Shown here piece by piece: positions 58,371 through 64,000 of a stretch of DNA of 64,000 bases (the stretch's first letter is position 1; each line of letters opens with the position of its first letter). The notes below the pieces were generated by a model. That model ran no database searches. It saw only the letters and a list, made by a program, of their open reading frames with translations, and was not told where the DNA came from. A program made the translations under genes and the position numbers. The DNA comes from Flectonema sp. DT1601 (taxonomy: Eukaryota): contig OZ025780.1 in assembly GCA_964019425.1 (NCBI GenBank), forward strand, positions 1,736,001-1,800,000, read 5' to 3'.

Positions 58371-59387
58371 CTTGAAGTGGTGATTTTGGTTTCTTACAAT
58401 CACTTGGTCAGTCATTACGTCATTGATTGGCAGACAGATATAGTTGCTGCCTGCTTTCTGATTATGCTGAGTTTTTTTTTTGCAGCAAATTCTTATAACT
58501 ACACGTTGTTCTATATTCTCTATTCGGTTGTTCGTTATTCTTTTTATAAGTTGTCTCCTTTTTTTTTTTTTTTTTTTCCCCTGTCGGTTTAAATTTTTGG
58601 ATAAAGAAAAAAATAATCCTGAGAATCAATAAACAAGGTACACAAGTATAATGGACTTCCTCATCTAACTATAATGCTTCTATTATATTTAATGCCGTTG
58701 AGATACTCTTGCAATCCAATTCTAGACCGAGGAAAAACAGCTGTTGTTAACAACAGGTAATTGCGTGATCTGCTTCTACGGTAATCCTAGGGAGAGAAAG
58801 CACTTTTTTTTTTTTTAGACTCACATATCTGTCCCCCTCCCGCCCGTCCAGGGCAAATCTAATAGAAGAAAATGAAAAAAAAATTATGCATACTCGTATC
58901 GCAACTATGTATATGTTTTGATAGAGGGGAAGAAAAAGAAGCAAAAAAAATAAAAAATTAAAATAAAATTTCCCCGGTTAATTCCCCTTTTCCCTTGCTT
59001 TAAGTTTTCGCGGCACGAGTACAAAAAAAAAAAAAAAAAAAAAAAAAACTAATGATTTTTTTTTCTTTTCTCTTTTTTTTCTTGTTTTTTTTTATATTTT
59101 TTTTTTATTGTATTTTCGCATGGAGACAATAAGATGTTTTTATTTGTTCTTTTCGTTTGCTTTTACTACAGACAAACTAACTCTCTTTTGAAAAGGACTG
59201 CAAAAATAAAATAAATATTTTTAGAACAGACTACCAAACAACACAAATGACTGGTTGATAATAATCCAAACTTTTGACGGAAGTTAACATAAAATTCAAT
59301 TGGCGCGTACTACGAAAAGAATTGAGATCGGAGCTGCCATCACATGTAACTTGCTATTGGCCAACTGAATGAGGTTGTATTGATATT

Positions 59388-62287
59388 ATGGAAAAGTTCT
59401 TTCAGGTTACTCGAGAAGAATGGGGAGATGGGTTCAATTCGGAATGGTTAAAAAATAAGAAACTGATGGAAAATCGTCGTCAATGTAAAACCCCGCGAGT
59501 GACAGCCAGCGGAGTCGCGACAGCTATGCTGCTTTCTTTTAAGCGAAACAGATATTTTAATAAAAAACGGCAAGCAGCAAATAAGAAATTAAATCGACAA
59601 GGAGTAGTACGAAGCCCAAAACCGACTGTGTATTCACAGATTCGAACTGTGGCTGGAACTCGCTGCGATCATCCGGAGAGAAATATTCAAAATATAAAAA
59701 TAGAACTGAAATCAGACAACAATAATAATTGTGATGACACAAACATTTTATCGCAGGGATCACTTTATCCTTTTTGTTTGCGGGCTCCGAAGTATCCAAA
59801 AAAACATGCGAAGCGACCATCAAGACACGTCTGGAGTGATATTCGAAAGAAGAACATCACAAGCGATCAAACAATATTAGAAAGTAACTCAACACAACAA
59901 ATGCCTTCAGATGAACACCTGCCTGTCAGAACTATCAGCAGTAGTTCAGATGAAATATCTGAGGAAGACATTCTAATTAAAAAACAACAAAAGTTAAACA
60001 ATGAACTGCTTGAAGCGTTTACTAAAGTGACTGAGGCGAGTCCACCAACAAAAGCAAGACAGATGTTCCATCCTTTCTACTCAAAGGCTGGTTGGTACAA
60101 AAACAAAACAACAAACAGTCTCCCGATTAACGCTGAGACGCTTCTCACTAGAAATGGACATCCTGTTCCTGTTGAAGGAATCTTTGAGACTGTTTGCGTC
60201 ATATTAAGTGGAGGTAGGAGATCAATGATTCAAAGTATGAAAGAGAACATGTCAAGAGATGCTACAACGGAATCAATTCAAAGTCGAAAACTACGACAAC
60301 AACAACAGCAACTAAACACCTGGAGTGCTGTAAACTATCTAATAACCGACTCGAGTATTAAACAAACTGGAAAACCTGTCCTCACAAAATCAGAACAAGA
60401 CATTACAAGAAAGCTTCTTCATCGACTCTATCGATGGCTTCTAAGAGCTCGTAGAAGTATATCTCTGAGAGAATCTGTTTATGTACGTCAGCGTGAGCAA
60501 AATCGAAAAGACACAGCCCTTCCAAGAATAAAAGCAATATACACAATCTGGAGAAACAATCACCGTGCAATAAGACACAGGAGATCTACTCTTCTACGAC
60601 CATGTTGGAAGGCGATCTTTGAATACGCTCGTCAAACACAATTACGTAGACTGGAAGCATACGTACCTGTTGATGAAAGATCAAGACAGAGAAGGCACAG
60701 AATTAACAAAACACAACTAATTCAAGTTGGAAGAGCAGCGTACTTCGCTGCCTGGAAAGACTACGCAGCAGAACAACTGATTGTAATGAAATCGTTAACA
60801 TCTTTAGTGTGTCCTCCTGGTAAGCGTCCTTTGTTACAAAGAATGTTCTTATCTCGTTGTCTGTGGGCATTCTCAGAAGCCTGTTGGAAGCATCGAGCAG
60901 TCACAAAGTATTATCATCAATTACAAAAGAGATTTTGGTTTAGAATGAGAAGGCAATTCGTTATATCCACTGCTACTAAAGCTTATCGTCTATCTCTTCA
61001 AAGGAGTGGACTTCGCTGTTGGAAAATTGCATTGTCTAACTCGCAGTCAGCTAAAATAGACGACATCACTGCTGACAAACGATTCTCACTTAGTAAGAAA
61101 TACTCATGTTGGGTGTTGTGGAAGACCAGATTTCTAAATAACGTTGCGATGAAAAGTTTTAAAACGATTCTCTTACTGAATCCTTTAAACAAAACAAAAC
61201 TACTTTCAGCAATCATATTCACTACCAATGACAAACGATCTCCTTTTGTAAGGTGTTGGCTTCACTGGAAAGCTGCTTACATGAGACACCAAAAATACTC
61301 ATCTTTTATGAGTCTAATAACTAACTTGTGTAGAAAAGCAACTCTCAGTATCTATTTTAAATTATGGAAAGGTGATGAGAGGGATTTAGAGACTGGTGTG
61401 TATTTGTCTTTAACTTCTGTACCCTATGAAAAAATTATTGTTTTAACAAAAAAAAAAAAACAGTTTTATCTTCAGAACTAATAATAGTGAATCCAACAGA
61501 GGTTGGAGTTCTGGTAGATAACGACATCTCAATTTGTAAACTTCAAAAGGGAAGTATTCCAACTTCTCTTCAAATCACAGAAAGATTATTTGAGAAGGAG
61601 TTCATCTCCGTGATACCAAACTGTCGTTATGCTACTTTATTCAAAATAATTAGAACTCTCCGTTACGTAAGAAATCAAATTAAAACTCACCTGGAGTTTG
61701 ATACTTCAAATACTAATAAAGAGTTAGGAGAAGTGTTAGTAGATAAGAACACACTTGAGGAAGGACTGCAGGAAGCAATTAGACTTCGTAGACCTCCGAC
61801 TACGACATTCGTTAAAAGGATTCTTCAAAGGAAGAATTATAAATTAGAAACCCTCCGTGAGAAAAGTGCATCCAACAGAGAGAAGATGAATGTGGTTGAG
61901 ACCGCTCGCAAGTACATCTTGAGAGAATCTCCAACAGTAGTCTATTCAACTATCATGACGAGGCTTTGTGAAAATCTTGAAATCGAAAGAAACTTTCGCA
62001 CCCGAGCAGCAACCTCACTAATCACATCGGAGTCTCTTCTTCAGGTCAGTCGAATGATTCAAAGCCAATCGTTACCATACTCAATTCCTTATAGACCTCA
62101 ACCACCTCGAGTACTTTCTATTTCTAGTATCACTGACAACACAATAGATTCTGATAGCGTGTCGTGGTATCCTGTTTCTACTGTTGAAGCTTCTTGTTAT
62201 CAAGTTCAGCTTCAGAAACCTCAACTTCATCGACTGATCACTTCTGAGTACACTTGGAAGAACTACTCTGAAATATTATCAAATTAA
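59388..62287 (+). CDS. Basic helical protein with Sfi1-like Trp repeats; exons 59388-61395 and 61464-62287
   Basis: Recurrent F..W / W..WK motifs. Intron gtgtgt..aaaacag (61396-61463) joins the ORFs in frame. Confidence 0.65.
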
Positions 62288-62506
62288 CTTCTTGTTGAGA
62301 TCTCTTTTTTTAGTTTCGATGAGTTCATTGAAATGTAGGAATTCATATCAAATGTCTCGGCACGCTGTCTATTCGAAACATCTTTTCAACATTTACACTT
62401 CACAGAAGATTTGATAATTTATTATAAAAAAAGTTTTATGTATATTTTCCAATCCGATAAATCTTTTTAATTTTTATTATTTTCTCTCGCAGGTGCTGAA
62501 GTAGCA

Positions 62507-63447
62507 ATGGCGTCTGTTCCAGTGCCTTCGACTGGAGTCTGGAAGAGTTTGGGGCTTCCAGACATGTCAACAATGGCTTATGGACCTTCGATGCTAAAGG
62601 GAAGGAGTGAACTTAGTAGGAGTGCTGCGTCAGGGAGGAAACCTGAATTCGCAACATTCCATGGAGGGATTGATAATTTAGAAAGTGCTGTAGTTAAAGA
62701 TGATGATGATGATCGACCAGAACCTATTCAGATTCATCCTTCTTATGAATCAAGTAAACGACTTAGAGATGCCTGGCTGAGTGATGGTGGAATTGAGCTC
62801 GCTCACAGAACAGCTCTTTCATCGAAAAGAGTTTTAACAGATTCCCCAACCAGTAGACCAACGGCACCGACATCGATGTCACCACGTCGTCACTTCTTAG
62901 CAGATCTTGAAGACAGAAGACTGGGTTTGAAACACTCTGGTGGGTCTTCTTTAGCAAGATTGTTACCTGACGATGGCACTCATTCACCAAAACCACAAAG
63001 TCCATTGAGTAGACTTAGTTCAGGAAATCAACTTTCTGAAGTAATCGATTCGATTAGAAGAGTCGCATTCCACTTACGACAACTATTTGAGATGAGAGAC
63101 ACTGAATTAGATACCATTCCTGGCTTTAGTAAAGTTTTTATTTCTGATCCTACTTGGAGAGCATCTGTCGAGTCCATGAGGTCTCCACTCAAACAAGTCG
63201 CTTCATCAGTAGAAGCTGCAATCGATCCTTTGTATAAAGTTACTTCTTTAAATGATCGAAAACTACTTCGAGTTGATGACTCGTTGTTTGGGTTATCATT
63301 TCTTCTTCAAGCTGCTTCATGTCTACGTGACTGCGTTGCATCAGCTGCAAGTCTCAAATCGAATTTCTTTGAAGATAAAGATCTTGACATGTATGAAGCG
63401 AGTGTTTCATTTCATCACAAGGCACTTCTCTTTGCGATGACCAGGTG

Positions 63448-63526
<79 letters not shown>

Positions 63527-64000
63527 ATCAAATCGGGTAAGTTAGATTAGTTATAAAACAAAACAAAAAAACAGCATTCGAGATATTGCAACAACTGAGT
63601 TACAGAATGAACAACTTCGGAATTCACGATCAGCTTCTACCGCGAACAGACATCTAGAACTGGAAGTCCAAGACAGAAGAGAGTTAGCAGCAGCAATCCT
63701 TAAAGAGTTGGTACCTTGTCCTGGTTCTCGTCGGTTTTGGATATCACACATTGGACCTACTGCTCTGGAAGTTGACAGTTTGCAGTTTGAGAAATACCTT
63801 CATGCTTATGTTTGTGATTTACTACCAGGACAGGTTAATCAAATAGTAAAAGGAATCATGGAAACACTCTCTAAGGATAGAAAGGTTTCACTTTGTGACT
63901 TTGGATGTTTGTTTGGTGATGTTCCTATTTCTGATGCTCTCGATACGTTAGCAAATACCGGGACTGCTAATATTACATATCATCTTCTAATGACTCCTGC
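62507..64000 (+). CDS. Protein of unknown function, 3' truncated; exons 62507-63444 and 63575->64000
   Basis: Intron 63445-63574 removes the (gtt)n run. The frame then stays open to the window end (FWISHIG..FEKYL..KVSLCDFG, possibly EF-hand-like). Confidence 0.75.
63448..63527. repeat. Intronic (GTT)n microsatellite
   Basis: Perfect trinucleotide run immediately after the splice donor. Confidence 0.95.

Noticed and set aside
63445..63550. Poly-valine C-terminus in the ORF track
   Set aside because: It is a (gtt)n microsatellite inside an intron; splicing restores a normal frame.

Overview
Eukaryotic, AT-rich genomic window, most likely from a euglenozoan protist. A diplonemid-like lineage is inferred from trypanosomatid-type receptor adenylate cyclases, strictly co-oriented genes, pyrimidine-tract AG acceptors just upstream of start codons, and coexisting GT-AG cis-introns. 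About 26 credible protein genes all lie on the + strand. They include a class III adenylate cyclase, a divergent histone H2B, a class I heme peroxidase, two bacterial-like secreted repeat proteins, a ChrR-like cupin, a cyclic-nucleotide-gated K+ channel, a PPR protein, cytochrome b5 reductase, nicotinamidase, two NIPA transporters, a CCAR1/DBC1-like protein, a bacterial-type PncC-like/NadD-like fusion with a PTS2-like motif, a frameshifted CHASE receptor and a ZZ+RING protein. Several gene models were rebuilt by manual splicing. The most notable non-coding signals are three. (1) A ~126-138 bp structured dispersed element with 5 copies, a C-GNA-G hairpin and sub-terminal inverted repeats, always embedded in T-runs. 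(2) A sharp contrast between A-rich cis-intron acceptors and pyrimidine-rich putative trans-splice acceptors. (3) Several smaller structured repeat families. All family assignments come from motif recognition by eye; no searches were run.
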